Source of the DNA: Ostreococcus lucimarinus
Lineage: Eukaryota
DNA length: 64,000 nucleotides
Reading direction: 5' to 3' (one strand)
Assembly: GCA_000092065.1 (NCBI GenBank)
Contig: CP000590.1
The position numbers were made by a program, and so were the translations under genes. Within the stretch, counting starts at the first letter, position 1. Each line of letters opens with the position of its first letter. This document shows, piece after piece, positions 9,628 through 20,341 of the stretch. The notes beneath the pieces are model-generated. The model made no database searches. It had not been told where the DNA came from and saw only the letters and a list, made by a program, of their open reading frames with translations.

Positions 9628-10830
9628 TCATTTCTTCGCCTTCTTCGCCGAAAGCGGCGATTTACCGACGCCTTTTGAGGGGGTCGGGGTTTTGCGCTTC
9701 ACCGGCGTCGCCTTTTGTGTCGTCGGTGTTTTCGACGTCGACGCTTTCGCCTCCGCGCCGCCGTCGTCGCCGACGACGCGCTTCTTGTGCAAATTGATCA
9801 TCTTCGTCAAGACGTGGAATCCGTCGTGGATTTGGAACGGCGTTCGATTGAAATCAAAGTGCACCGTTCGCTGATCGTCGGATATCTCCACGTCGATTTC
9901 CGCCTCGGATTTGGTTTGAATCAAAATGAAAGGAAGCTGAATGCCGGTGGGCGGCGGACCGTCCCCCGCGAGGGCTTTTTGGTTGCGTTCCACGAGCGCC
10001 ACGAGCGCGTCGTGTTGCTCCACGAGCTCGGCGAGGTAGTTGGTCTTCTGCTCGAACGCATCTATCGACTCCGTGGACGCCAATTCCCGATTCGACGTTC
10101 TCGGTCCCGCCGCCTTCGCGGGCGGCGGCGATTCGCCCGGTTTCACGTATCCCTCGGGGTATCCGTTCCAGAATATTTCCTTCTTCTTCTTTCTGATGAT
10201 TTCTAGCGCCATGAGAACATTAAGCGCGTCGTACACCCGTCGACGCACGTTCTTTTCGTCGAAATCCGCGTTCGTTTCTTCTGCAGTCACGCGAAGCTCC
10301 TCGACGAGCTCGTTCGCCACCTCGTTGTAAGACGTGTGCTTCTTCTCTTCAACCTTTTCGCACACGCGCATGCTAAAATGTCGCAACCCTTTCTGCTCGC
10401 GCTCGCCCGTCCCAGGAGTTTGCGGTAATGATTTTCGAATTTTGGACGACTTGGGCGTCGCGTACGCCTCATCGTCGCCAACTTCTGCTTTGACGCCCGC
10501 GCGCAAGTTCGCGCGCGCCGTGGCGATGATCCGTCGCGCCTGCGCGACGAATTCCGCCGCCTCCTGACACTTCTTTTCGGCCACCTCCGCGTCGTACTTC
10601 CCGATCGTAGGCGTCATCGCGCGCATCACCGTCGCTGCGGACGTCCCCGCCCTTTGAAATCGCAACCCGTCGTCCTCCGCCGCCTCGCGCCCGCTCACCC
10701 TCGCCGCCAAATCCCCGCGCTCGGGCGTCCCAAACTTCGGCGTAAACGCCCCACTATCCTCAAATCCCAACCCCGGCGACGTCGACTCCCCCCGTCGTCC
10801 TCCCTCGACGTCCCCCATGAACGCATTCAA
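9628..10830 (-). CDS. DP: transcription factor DP (E2F dimerisation partner)
   Basis: DP DNA-binding domain: GLRHFSMRVCEKVEEKKHTSYNEVANELV...EKNVRRRVYDALNVLMALEIIRKKKKEIFWNGYP, followed by the dimerisation region. Confidence 0.85.
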   Translation of the reverse strand: MNAFMGDVEGGRRGESTSPGLGFEDSGAFTPKFGTPERGDLAARVSGREAAEDDGLRFQRAGTSAATVMRAMTPTIGKYDAEVAEKKCQEAAEFVAQARRIIATARANLRAGVKAEVGDDEAYATPKSSKIRKSLPQTPGTGEREQKGLRHFSMRVCEKVEEKKHTSYNEVANELVEELRVTAEETNADFDEKNVRRRVYDALNVLMALEIIRKKKKEIFWNGYPEGYVKPGESPPPAKAAGPRTSNRELASTESIDAFEQKTNYLAELVEQHDALVALVERNQKALAGDGPPPTGIQLPFILIQTKSEAEIDVEISDDQRTVHFDFNRTPFQIHDGFHVLTKMINLHKKRVVGDDGGAEAKASTSKTPTTQKATPVKRKTPTPSKGVGKSPLSAKKAKK

Positions 10831-11436
10831 CGCATCCGCGTCGGCTAAGCCTACCCTCGCGCGTTCCGCTCGTCAGTCTCTCGCGTCTCTCGCTCGTCTC
10901 TCGTCTCTCGTCTCTCCTTCGCCTCGTTCCATTCGCACCTGAATCCCCGAGCACATCGTCGACGTCCGCGTACTCCGACACCCCCTACGCCTCGTTCGCG
11001 CGCCGCGCTTCGCCGTCAGTCGCCTCTTCGGTTTCGCCGCGTCTCGCGCGTCTTCGTCCTTTAAAATCTCCAAAAAATCTCCGCATAAAGCCATCTGTCG
11101 AATCGTCCGTCGTCCGTCGTCTCGCGTTCGCCTCGCGTCTCGCACGCACCGCGTCTCGCAGCGATCGAAACAGTTCCTCCGCCAGCGCGTCGTCGTCGCG
11201 CGAGGTCGTCGCCGTCGCCGTCGTCGCGCGTCGTCGTCGCGTCGACATGTCGAGCGCGAATTCCGAAACGTCGCGTCGCGCGTCGCGTCGCGCGCGCGAT
11301 GGGACGCGCGCGACGCGCGATGGGACGCGCGCGCGTCGCGCGCGTTCGCGCGGCTCGACGGCGCCGCGGTGCGCGCGCGTGTGACGCGCGCGACGCGACG
11401 ACGTCGGTTCGAACGACACTTCGCGACCGCGCGCGC

Positions 11437-11955
11437 ATGGCGACGTCGCGCGTCGCGCGCGCGACGCTGGACGTGCGAGGATACGCCGCGGATGGAAGCG
11501 CGCATCGCGTGAGCGCGCGCGCGAGCTTCGAGTACGCGTACGAGACGAGGGAGGACGACGCGAACGCGACGGTGCGAGTGATGCTCACGCCGAGCGACGG
11601 ACGGGCGACGTTCGCGCGGTACGCGTGCGCGCTGACGCGGGAACGGTTCGAAACGATGCGACGGGAACAGTCGTTGACGCTGCGGACGGCGAGGGAGTGC
11701 GCGGAGACGTGCGGGAGGGCGCTGGAGAAGGCGGCGCGCGGGGAGGGGCTCGCGGTGTTGGCGTGCGACGCGAAGAGCGGGAAAGCGAGGTTGGAGATCG
11801 TGGAGGAGTACGCGAATAGGTTGGTGAGCGTGATGGAGATGGAGTTTGAGATGATGGATGACGTCGAGGTCAGGGCGAGGGTGTCGGAGGAGTACGGGCG
11901 GATGAAGCGGACGTTGGCGGCGTACGAAGCCAAGTTTGGTCGGTTGGAGGCGTGA
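11437..11955 (+). CDS. hypothetical protein (no family recognised)
   Basis: Non-repetitive composition (SFEYAYETREDDANATVRVMLTPSDGRATFARYACALTRERFETMRREQSLTLRTARECAETCGRALEKAARGEGLAVLACDAKSG...), unlike the Arg-rich ORFs on the opposite strand. Start chosen at the first Met after the low-complexity leader. Confidence 0.3.
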   Translation: MATSRVARATLDVRGYAADGSAHRVSARASFEYAYETREDDANATVRVMLTPSDGRATFARYACALTRERFETMRREQSLTLRTARECAETCGRALEKAARGEGLAVLACDAKSGKARLEIVEEYANRLVSVMEMEFEMMDDVEVRARVSEEYGRMKRTLAAYEAKFGRLEA

Positions 11956-12043
11956 GGAAGACGCGCGCGTTTGATCGTTTGTATTGATAACCAGTAAGAA
12001 TCTCCGATACTAGTGCTTCTACTTTCCTTCTGCGGTCGTCGCG

Positions 12044-15037
12044 CTACATCGGATTTATGAGGCCGATTGGCTGAGTCTGGCCTAAGCGGCCGCGCGGAGG
12101 CGTCGGCGGACGATCGCGGTTGACGTCTTGCAGCCACAAGTTGTCGTCGATGCGGTCGGAGGGCGATAAAGACTCCATGGCGATCGGTGGTAACGGGTGG
12201 ATGAGCTTGGGGTATAACGTCAGATCGCGCCCTAACACCAGAATCGCTCCGGCGTTATTCGCGGTCCCGCAATAGTTTGTTGCGCTAAAGACGGTGAGCA
12301 GTTGTCCTTGGGCGAAACGCTCGAAACCGTCCATGACGCACTCGTGCGCGCGGATGATCATCTGGATCCCGTTCGTTTCGCAGAACGCCTTCACACGATC
12401 TGGCCCGAAAGTCACGAGACCTGGACCCCGCGCGTTCGGGCGTAAACCTTCGATACCATCGTTCTCTGTCGGGTCGCTCCAGAGAATGTCCATGAGCTCG
12501 ACGCCGCCGTTTTCCATGTTCAACGGTCGCTTCAGCTCATTGATTTGCGAGATGTGCGTCAAGCTACGGCCGATACCACCGTGCATGCAGCAAATACGAT
12601 CCTCGATGACGGCCGCAAGCGGGAGCCATTCGAACAACTCGTTGAATCTTCGCCAGACTGCGTCGCCCGCGGATTCGCCCAGACGCTCGACGCACTCGAT
12701 GCGGAATCCAAACAACGCATTGATGTCCGACTCTTCGTGGTTACCGCGAAGTAAATGCACAGCTTGCGGGTGCTCAATTTTCAGCGCGAGCAGCAGAGAA
12801 ATGGTCTCCAAGGAGTACGCACCGCGATCGACGTAGTCTCCCAAGAAAACGTAATCGATGTATGCGATGTCGCCCGCCGTCGATGGCGCGCCGTATTCGG
12901 CGAATAACCGCATCAAATCTCCAAACTGACCGTGCAGGTCGCCAAAGATTTTCGCCGGACCTTTCACCGTAAGTACGGTCTCTTCGTTCTTGAAACAATG
13001 CTCTGCGGCGTCGCATAACTCGTTGATGGCGCTCGCGCTAAGAAAGAATCGACGATCCGTGCTCGGCTCCCAGGTGTGCGGATGAAGCAAGTGCGTGAGC
13101 ACGGCCTTGTGCACGGGTTGCGCCCCGAGCTCAGCGGCGCGTCTCGCGCGCGCCATCTTCGCTGGAGTGTCTCCGGGGGTGAGCATATCCACACCGGGAG
13201 TACCGATGCGTCGCGCCTCGTTTTCAAACTGATCGATGGACAGCTGCCGCACCATGCTCGCGACGCCTCGCGGCGTTGACTTCGCGCCAGAATCTGGCGG
13301 CGCGGCGGCAACGACTACGGCACGATGATGTAACCTAACTTCCGACGCGGGCGTGCGTAGAGCCGATTCTGGGGAGCCGAAACGAGCGAATCCAGGCGAT
13401 GGCGTGTGCACGGACGATCCCGGAGAGCCAGAGTCAGATTCGCCCAACGAAAACTTTCTTCGAGCGACCAACTCGAGCGCGGCTGCCGCTTCTTGCGCGC
13501 TCGCCGCACGCAGCTCTTTCTCCGCAGCGGCGTTCATGTTGTCGGGCGAATCCGGGGACCCCGGCGAACCTCCGAGCGGTCGCAAGGCGATGCCCTCGGG
13601 AGACGAGGGCGAACTGAAGGATCCGTTTGAATACGTTGCGTCTCGTTGCGTGTTGATTGCGAACGAGTCTCGAACGTTTCTCGGCGAGTGCATTCCTAAT
13701 ATATCAGCCGACAGCCCGGTTTCACCGAGCCATTTACGCCAAGCCAAGGAATTCGGATCGATGAGAGTCGCGAGCTCTCGCGTGCGTTCGGCGCGCGTCG
13801 AACCGCTCTCTTGCGGCGGCTCTTCGAGCACGACCAAATCATCCAACAACGTTCCGTTTCTCAAACCACCGTGCACGAAAATGAATGGACCATACGCCAC
13901 ACTTGCATGGCGGCACCGTCGTCCGACGAGTGAGCTCGCGTCGTAGGAAAGCTGTGCCTTGCCCTCGGAACTCTTCGCGTCCCGCCATCCCGTGCTTCCA
14001 CCCGACGACGTGTCCAGCATCGACATCGTCGCTTCGTTCGTGACGAGCTGTCCCCCACCCGACGCCCCACCGGTGATGTGCAATCTCGTGTCCACGAATG
14101 CGGTCGCGTGCTGGTATCGACGCGTTGGTGCCTTGCCCGGCGCTTCGGCCCACTCCCAACGCCCGTCGCGGTGCCTAGCCAAACCGTACGCGTCATTCAG
14201 CGCGAAACCGTCCGCACCGCGGCCACCGCAGAGCAGCAACAGACCATCGCTTCGAGTACTCGCGCTCGCGTACGTTCTCGCGCTCGGCACGGGCCCACTC
14301 GGCGCGCACTTGGTCCATTCGTACGGTTTCGTCGTCGTGTCCAACACCCACGTATCGTCCAAGCACTTCGAACCGTCCGTCCCCCCGATCACCACCAAAA
14401 ATCTCTGCGCCACGAAACTCAACACGTGCGCGTATCGTTGCCCCGGACCTTGCCCCCGCACGTGCACGCGGTGCCACTTCGGGTCCCTCGTCGCTAAATC
14501 CAACACGTACAAATCTTCATCCGCCAACCCGTCCGGCCCGATGCCGCCGAGCACGACGAGCATCCCTCCCACCGTGGCCGCCCCGTGCGCCGCCCGCGGG
14601 CTCGGCACGTCACCGCCGCACTCCAACTTCCCCCACTCCCCGTTAAACGGGTCCAAGACGTGCAATTCATTCGTCGCGCCGCTCAGCTTGACCCACGCGC
14701 CCGCGTCTCGACCCGCCTGCGGGCTCAACCCCACGTTCGCGCTCGCGTTCGCCCCGCTTCCGCCCTCGAGCTCGGTCGCACCCCCGAACGTGACTATCTT
14801 CGTCTTTTGATTCCATCGCAGCGCCGTCATCGTGTGTCCACAGCGCGCGCCCGGCGCCGAAGACGTCGCGAACGTTTTCGAGTCATTCGCGAACGTCGAC
14901 GCGTTATTCGTCGCGTCCGCGAACCCAGCGCGCGATCGCGTCGCGTCGAACGGCGCGGCGAGCATTCTTCGCCCTCTGCGCGCCCGCGCGACGCGCAGTT
15001 CGCCGCTCGCGCGTCGTTCTGACGCGCAGTCGTTCAA
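12044..15037 (-). CDS. Kelch-repeat serine/threonine protein phosphatase (BSU1/BSL/PPKL family, PP1-like catalytic domain)
   Basis: N-terminal Kelch propeller (GHTMTALRWNQKTKIVTFGG, PRAAHGAATVGGMLVVLGG and others). C-terminal PPP catalytic motifs GDLHGQFGDL, GDYVDRG, RGNHE, HGG and the tail. 997 aa continuous ORF. Confidence 0.9.
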   Translation of the reverse strand: MNDCASERRASGELRVARARRGRRMLAAPFDATRSRAGFADATNNASTFANDSKTFATSSAPGARCGHTMTALRWNQKTKIVTFGGATELEGGSGANASANVGLSPQAGRDAGAWVKLSGATNELHVLDPFNGEWGKLECGGDVPSPRAAHGAATVGGMLVVLGGIGPDGLADEDLYVLDLATRDPKWHRVHVRGQGPGQRYAHVLSFVAQRFLVVIGGTDGSKCLDDTWVLDTTTKPYEWTKCAPSGPVPSARTYASASTRSDGLLLLCGGRGADGFALNDAYGLARHRDGRWEWAEAPGKAPTRRYQHATAFVDTRLHITGGASGGGQLVTNEATMSMLDTSSGGSTGWRDAKSSEGKAQLSYDASSLVGRRCRHASVAYGPFIFVHGGLRNGTLLDDLVVLEEPPQESGSTRAERTRELATLIDPNSLAWRKWLGETGLSADILGMHSPRNVRDSFAINTQRDATYSNGSFSSPSSPEGIALRPLGGSPGSPDSPDNMNAAAEKELRAASAQEAAAALELVARRKFSLGESDSGSPGSSVHTPSPGFARFGSPESALRTPASEVRLHHRAVVVAAAPPDSGAKSTPRGVASMVRQLSIDQFENEARRIGTPGVDMLTPGDTPAKMARARRAAELGAQPVHKAVLTHLLHPHTWEPSTDRRFFLSASAINELCDAAEHCFKNEETVLTVKGPAKIFGDLHGQFGDLMRLFAEYGAPSTAGDIAYIDYVFLGDYVDRGAYSLETISLLLALKIEHPQAVHLLRGNHEESDINALFGFRIECVERLGESAGDAVWRRFNELFEWLPLAAVIEDRICCMHGGIGRSLTHISQINELKRPLNMENGGVELMDILWSDPTENDGIEGLRPNARGPGLVTFGPDRVKAFCETNGIQMIIRAHECVMDGFERFAQGQLLTVFSATNYCGTANNAGAILVLGRDLTLYPKLIHPLPPIAMESLSPSDRIDDNLWLQDVNRDRPPTPPRGRLGQTQPIGLINPM

Positions 15038-15091
15038 GATTTTTGAATTTCAACGACGCGCGCGCGACAGTCGCGGCACTCGCGCGCGCGC

Positions 15092-16942
15092 ATGCCGCCG
15101 GCGACGCGGTCGCCGCTCGACGCGATCGCGCGAAACGTCGACATGCGCGCCTCGGCGCTGAGCGCGGTGGAGAAGTTGGCGCTCGAGGCCGACGCGACGG
15201 CGCTGTCGCCGATCGACGTCGCGCGCGCGCCGCGCGTCGAGACGACTCGCGCGCGCGAGAGCGACGCGACGGCGCGCGAGAGCGACGCGAACGCGCGCGA
15301 GGACGACGCGCGCGAGGACGACGCGGACGAGGCGTCGACGGCGACGACGGAGTATCGAGAGACGGTGGCGCTGCTGCGCGCGCAGACGACGGCGCTGCGC
15401 GAGGCGAACGAAGCGCGCGAGGAGCTCGAGGAAGCGCTTCGCGAGGCGGAGACGACGAAGGCGACGCTCGAGGGCGACGCGCTGGAGCGAATGCGCGCGG
15501 TGCGGGGAGAGATGGAATCGCTTCGCGCGACGCTGGAGGAGGTGGTGGAGAGTCGGCGACGCGCGCGAGAGGGGGAGGCGAACGCGGTGGCGCGAGCGAA
15601 GGCGTCGGAGGAGACGCTCGCGCGCGAGAGGGAATCGCACGAGCGCGCGGTGGAGGAAATGCGCGCGGAGCTGGCGCTCGCGCGGTCGAGCGCGGAAATC
15701 GCGGCTCGAGGCGTGCGAACGAAGGACGGCGTCGAAGTCACCGCGGAGCTGTACGAACAGTCGCACTCGATGGAAAAGAAGGCGTTGAAGGATGCGCAGC
15801 GGGCCAAAAACGCGCTCGTGGAGCAGAAGAAAACGCTCGAGGCGCTGGAGAAGCGATTGCGCGACACGAGGTCGCGCGCGGATTTAGCCGAAGCCAAGTG
15901 CCGAGAATTGAAATCGGCGCAAAAACGATGGGATCGATTGGAAGCCGGTGGTGATAACGCGTTCGCACAGTCCCCTGCCTCGGCAGCTACGCCGCGGACG
16001 CTGCGACAGAGCCATCGCGACGTGCGGGCGTACGCCGCCCAGCGCGTGGAGGCGTTGGAGAAGGATGTCAAGACGACGCGGCGCGAAGCTACGCTAGCGA
16101 CTGCGGATTTAGATTCAAAGTTAGCCGCCGAGTCAGGCACGCGTAGCGCTGTGCAAGGAAGCTTGGAGAGCGCACGCGCGCGTATCCGCGTGCTCGAAGG
16201 TGAGCGTGATGCGTTGCGAGCGCGCGCCGAGGCGGCAGAGACTGAGGTCGCAGATTTGAAGATGACGCTCAAGTTGACGGAGGAACGCGCGGCGCAAGCG
16301 GAGGAAACGGCGGCGAAAGAAATCGCGGCGGCTATGGACGCGATGCACCGAGTTCATTCGGCAGAAGACGCCCTGATGTCCGCCTCGCACCAGCAAGAGG
16401 AGGCGGTCAAGGCGAAAAGTGCAATGAAGCGGCGCGAATACGGAGAGAAGACGCGTGAGCTCGAGGAACGCATCGAAGCCGCTGAACGGGCGCGCGATGC
16501 CGCAGCGCAACGCGCACAAGTGGCGGAGGATGCACGCAGACGCGCCGAGTCCGAACTTGCGCGCGCGCAGACGAGCACAGCGCGCGACGGCGACGGCGCC
16601 GACGTCCGCGAACGAATTTGCGCCGCCGAGGACAGAGCGCTTCGCGCCGAGGAAGAGCTCTCTCAAGTCCGTAAAGCCGCGCGCGATGCCGCGCGCAACG
16701 CAAACGAATCCATCTCGCCGTCGCCCGAACGCGTGGCGCACCGACCACCGTTCTCGCAATCGCGACCGACTCGTCTTGCGCGCGAGCGCGACGGCCAACG
16801 CGCCGCCGCCGCCGAGCTCCTGCACAGCCTTCGCGCCAAACTCGAGGCCAGTTCCCCGTCGATCGGGCAGAAGTCGAAAAGTAGATTCACGGATGCCGAT
16901 CACGACGACGCCTCGTACGCTACGCCCGTGAAACGGGCTTGA
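15092..16942 (+). CDS. long coiled-coil protein (Ala/Glu/Arg-rich), hypothetical
   Basis: 616 aa ORF with heptad-like EEL/REL periodicity throughout. The competing minus-strand ORF is Ser/Ala low-complexity. Confidence 0.45.
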   Translation: MPPATRSPLDAIARNVDMRASALSAVEKLALEADATALSPIDVARAPRVETTRARESDATARESDANAREDDAREDDADEASTATTEYRETVALLRAQTTALREANEAREELEEALREAETTKATLEGDALERMRAVRGEMESLRATLEEVVESRRRAREGEANAVARAKASEETLARERESHERAVEEMRAELALARSSAEIAARGVRTKDGVEVTAELYEQSHSMEKKALKDAQRAKNALVEQKKTLEALEKRLRDTRSRADLAEAKCRELKSAQKRWDRLEAGGDNAFAQSPASAATPRTLRQSHRDVRAYAAQRVEALEKDVKTTRREATLATADLDSKLAAESGTRSAVQGSLESARARIRVLEGERDALRARAEAAETEVADLKMTLKLTEERAAQAEETAAKEIAAAMDAMHRVHSAEDALMSASHQQEEAVKAKSAMKRREYGEKTRELEERIEAAERARDAAAQRAQVAEDARRRAESELARAQTSTARDGDGADVRERICAAEDRALRAEEELSQVRKAARDAARNANESISPSPERVAHRPPFSQSRPTRLARERDGQRAAAAELLHSLRAKLEASSPSIGQKSKSRFTDADHDDASYATPVKRA

Positions 16943-17016
16943 TAGATATTTAATGTACCAACTCCCGACTCCCAGCGACCTCGACCGCCACTCCGCGGCT
17001 CGCACGTCTCCCAACC

Positions 17017-17913
17017 ATGCGCCTGGATCTCGCCCGCGTCGCCAGATTCGCCCAGCGCACGACGGGCGACGCTTCGGACGCGACGCCGAGTCGTCACACC
17101 ACTCCAGCGCGGCGTAAAACAATTTCAATGACGCTCATGGCCATCGTGCACGGCTTTGGATTACTCACCTTAACCGTCCCGGAAAACGATCTCACGGCGA
17201 ACGGGTTCGACAACAGCACCGCGCGTACGCTCCTCGCGCTGTTTGCGTTCGATGTCGTCGCGTACTGGCGCGTGCTCGGAAGCGATCCCGGATACGTGGA
17301 CGCGAGCGAGGACGCGAACGACGACGCCGAGGACGGCGAGCGACGCGCGTGCGAAAAATGCGCCGGCGCGCGCGTGCCGCTGCGAGCGAAACACTGTCAC
17401 GTGTGCGAAAGATGCGTGCGAAAATTTGATCATCACTGCTTTTGGGTCGGGACGTGCGTGGGCGAGCGGAACCACGGACGGTTTTGGTGGTTTTTGTTGG
17501 CGCAGTCGTGCGTCGCGGCGCACGCGTGTTGGATCGCGGTCACGGGCGTCGTGGGAGCGACGGTGAATCACGCGACGTGGTTCGATGTCTGGCGTGATAA
17601 CGCGTGGAGTGCGATGGCGTGCGGATACACGCAAATGATGACGCTGTTTGTGGGATTTTTATTCGTGTTTCACAGTTATTTATTGCTCAGCGGGCAGACG
17701 ACGTGGGAGGTGAGCAGCGAGCAGCGGGTGACGTATTTGCGGTCTTTACCGCGCGGGAGCAAGCCATTTGACGAGGGTGCGATCGAAAACGCGCGCACGG
17801 CGTGTTTTCCGAGAAAGATTCCCAAAACTTGGCGCATTCCGAGTGTAGAAACGTTGCAGGCTCGAGAAAACGAGCAAACCTTCTTCCAAAACGATCACTA
17901 TAGCTGCTTCTAG
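17017..17913 (+). CDS. DHHC-type protein S-acyltransferase (palmitoyltransferase)
   Basis: DHHC-CRD: [49 protein letters not shown], flanked by TM helices. True start may be an internal Met. Confidence 0.8.
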   Translation: MRLDLARVARFAQRTTGDASDATPSRHTTPARRKTISMTLMAIVHGFGLLTLTVPENDLTANGFDNSTARTLLALFAFDVVAYWRVLGSDPGYVDASEDANDDAEDGERRACEKCAGARVPLRAKHCHVCERCVRKFDHHCFWVGTCVGERNHGRFWWFLLAQSCVAAHACWIAVTGVVGATVNHATWFDVWRDNAWSAMACGYTQMMTLFVGFLFVFHSYLLLSGQTTWEVSSEQRVTYLRSLPRGSKPFDEGAIENARTACFPRKIPKTWRIPSVETLQARENEQTFFQNDHYSCF

Positions 17914-17936
17914 ATTTGCTTGTATTGCATAGACTT

Positions 17937-19025
17937 TTAGCCTTGAAAGAATGTGTGCTTCGAGGGTTCGCTCGGAACGTATTCTATCGGCCCGACGACG
18001 ACGGCGGCTTCGGGCAACGGCGCGCCAGGTGACGGGATCTTTTGAAAGAAGACCACCTCGTTCTCTTTGACAGCTTTCGCTGCGAGTGCGGCCACACGCG
18101 AGGCGAGCTCGCCGTGATACGTCGCCCACGAGACGATTTCTCCGGAGGCCTGCGCGCAATCGCGCACGGCTTCCTCCGCGCGCCTACACGCTGCGATGAC
18201 TTCGCCGCACTCGTCCGCAGCGCGCCGCGCCTCGGCGTGCGCGAGAAATGCCTCCGCTTCGTGCGTCTTCCAAGCTACCAGCACGCCGGCCGTCAAAAAT
18301 ATGTCCACGCCGTTCCAATCGCATCGACGCGACTGCAACACCGCGTTGGCATCGCGGTACAACTCGCTCGCGCCGCGATGCAGCCGCGCGCGCAAATTCG
18401 CCGCGCTTCCGCGTTCGAGCGCTCGCCGACACGCCGCGCCCTGCGCGTCACCGAGCGAAATCAACGTCATCACCTCCGCCATCGACGCCGTGAGTTCATT
18501 CGCCACGCATTCACCATCCAACGACGCCTTCAGCGGCGGCAAAACCGTCTCCTGCAAGTGCTTGAACATCCCCGCCGCGACTCTCGCGTTCTTCGAGCAG
18601 CTCGCCGCGCCCGCGTCGCCCAATCCTCCCTCCGCCATCCGCGCCGCCGTCTCTCGCGCGCAAAGTCTTCTGTGACACGACGCGAGTCCAAACAGCGCGA
18701 ACGCGCGCTCGCCGGCCAATCCCGGCGCCGGATACGACCTCGCCTCGCGTCCGCTCTCGAGCGTCGACGCCCATCGCGCCGTCGGCCCCTCCCCGCGGTC
18801 CAGCGCCTCCAGCGCGCCCTCCGCCTCCGTGATCACGTCCACGTATCGCTCGTACTTGCGCCTTCCGACGTCCGCGTCCGCGTGCGCCGCCGCGTGCGCG
18901 CACGACGCGCGCGCGGCGTTCAACGCGCGAAGTCGTTGGAACGCGAGCGAATCCGCGGCGCCGTCGGCGACGAACTCGATCGCCTCGGGCGTCAGCGCGC
19001 GCGCGTAGTCGATCGGCAGGAACAT
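17937..19025 (-). CDS. BRO1-domain protein (BROX-like); start taken at Met 19025 inside an 807-aa ORF whose upstream part is Pro/Arg low-complexity
   Basis: BRO1-like signatures: ERAFALFGLASCHRRLCA (compare ALIX ERSCVLFNCAALASQIA), LISLGDAQGAACRRAL (compare LAQAQE), and the C-terminal KENEVVFFQKIPSP (compare KDNDFIYHERVP). Confidence 0.55.
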   Translation of the reverse strand: MFLPIDYARALTPEAIEFVADGAADSLAFQRLRALNAARASCAHAAAHADADVGRRKYERYVDVITEAEGALEALDRGEGPTARWASTLESGREARSYPAPGLAGERAFALFGLASCHRRLCARETAARMAEGGLGDAGAASCSKNARVAAGMFKHLQETVLPPLKASLDGECVANELTASMAEVMTLISLGDAQGAACRRALERGSAANLRARLHRGASELYRDANAVLQSRRCDWNGVDIFLTAGVLVAWKTHEAEAFLAHAEARRAADECGEVIAACRRAEEAVRDCAQASGEIVSWATYHGELASRVAALAAKAVKENEVVFFQKIPSPGAPLPEAAVVVGPIEYVPSEPSKHTFFQG

Positions 19026-19108
19026 CTCGCGCGTCGTCGCGCGCGCGCGCGAGGGCCCGACGCGCCGTCGCGGCGCGCGGCGCGAGATGGCGTCGGACGG
19101 CGCGCGCG

Positions 19109-20260
19109 ATGCATCGAACTTTCGCCGCACCGCGACGCGCGCGCGGCGCGCGACGCGCGCGCGCGATGACGCGCGAATCACCCGCGACGGCGTCGACGTC
19201 CGCGCGCGCGTTTCTGCGCGGCGGCGCGTTCGAGCGCGCGGTGGCGACGCGTTCTTGGCCGTTTTTGGGCCTCTTCGCCGCGCGCGACGACGACGACGCG
19301 CGCGACGACGACGACGCGCGCGGCGAGGACGACGCGCGCGACGACGACGACGTCGCGAAAGTCGAGACCGTCGCGCGCGCGTCGCTCGATGGGCGCGTCG
19401 CGTACGATAAAGCGGCGTTGCTGCGACTTCGGGACGCGGCGGCGTCGAGCGGGACGCCGCCGGGCGCGACGGAGGAAGACATGCGGGCGTACCCTTGGCG
19501 CGCGCGCGTGGATGTGGGTCAAGGCGCGAGCGAGGTCGAGAATGACGCGGAGGAAGACGCGGTGACGGCGGCGGCGACGGCGAGGGTGGTGATGGAGACG
19601 GAGGCGGTCGCGCGCGCGCGGTCGGCGTGGCGCGAGCGGGAGACGTTCGAGGCGGACGCGGAACAGGCGGCGGTGGCGTTGAGGCGGGTGTTGGCGCGCG
19701 AATCGGAAGGTGACGGTGATGCGGTGAGCGAGGGTTATCGGGTGACGTTTCGCGACGGCGCCGTGCGGGCGTTCGTGCGAAAGCTGACGCGCGAACGGTT
19801 CGGCGATTTGTCGGCGGCGGATTTGGATCTTCGCGAGACGTCGCGAGAAGGAGAGACAGCGGTTTTGTACGGCACGCGAAGGCTCGCGGAAGACGGCGCG
19901 TACGAAGTGAGCGTGGCGTTCGTACATCCGTGGGATGGTGAACTCGAGCACGTGGTTTCGTGGCTCTCAAAACCGGCGGACGATTCGGAAACCGTCGTCT
20001 CGCCCGTGGGTTGGCTTCGCGCGAACGCCAGTCTCGGCGCCAGTTTACCCCCGAACGCGAAACGTGCGTACGACGACATCGCCACTGGTCGTGGCGATGC
20101 GCATGTGAACGTCTCAGCCGCGCGATTGTTTGTCGCGCTCGACGTCTCGACGAGCGCGTGCGGCCCTTTGGTGATGGAGTGTTACGATTTAGAATCGCGC
20201 GCGGGCGTAGAGTACTTCCTCGGGGGTGCCGACGCGGCGGAGCACGACGAGGATTATTAG
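19109..20260 (+). CDS. hypothetical protein (C-terminal globular domain, no family assigned)
   Basis: The C-terminal 250 aa is non-repetitive (YRVTFRDGAVRAFVRKLTRERFGDLSAADL...VAFVHPWDGELEHVVSWLSKP...). The N-terminal part overlaps the low-complexity antisense of the BRO1 ORF. Contains a YDKAALLRL (YxxxxLphi-like) segment of unknown significance. Confidence 0.35.
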   Translation: MHRTFAAPRRARGARRARAMTRESPATASTSARAFLRGGAFERAVATRSWPFLGLFAARDDDDARDDDDARGEDDARDDDDVAKVETVARASLDGRVAYDKAALLRLRDAAASSGTPPGATEEDMRAYPWRARVDVGQGASEVENDAEEDAVTAAATARVVMETEAVARARSAWRERETFEADAEQAAVALRRVLARESEGDGDAVSEGYRVTFRDGAVRAFVRKLTRERFGDLSAADLDLRETSREGETAVLYGTRRLAEDGAYEVSVAFVHPWDGELEHVVSWLSKPADDSETVVSPVGWLRANASLGASLPPNAKRAYDDIATGRGDAHVNVSAARLFVALDVSTSACGPLVMECYDLESRAGVEYFLGGADAAEHDEDY

Positions 20261-20341
20261 CGAGATAGCTCGATAGGCTTTTGCAACGTGAATGACAACG
20301 ATTATTATATGCGTGCGCAGTACGGAGACGAACATCGTTGT

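Noticed and set aside
10873-12137. Minus ORFs 10873..11505, 10985..11419 and 11061..12137
   Set aside because: Arg/Ser-rich low complexity. The plus-strand ORF has more protein-like composition. Neither is confirmed.
15034-16272. 412-aa Ser/Ala-rich minus ORF
   Set aside because: Mirror image of the plus-strand coiled-coil ORF. Homopolymeric Ser/Ala runs suggest noise.
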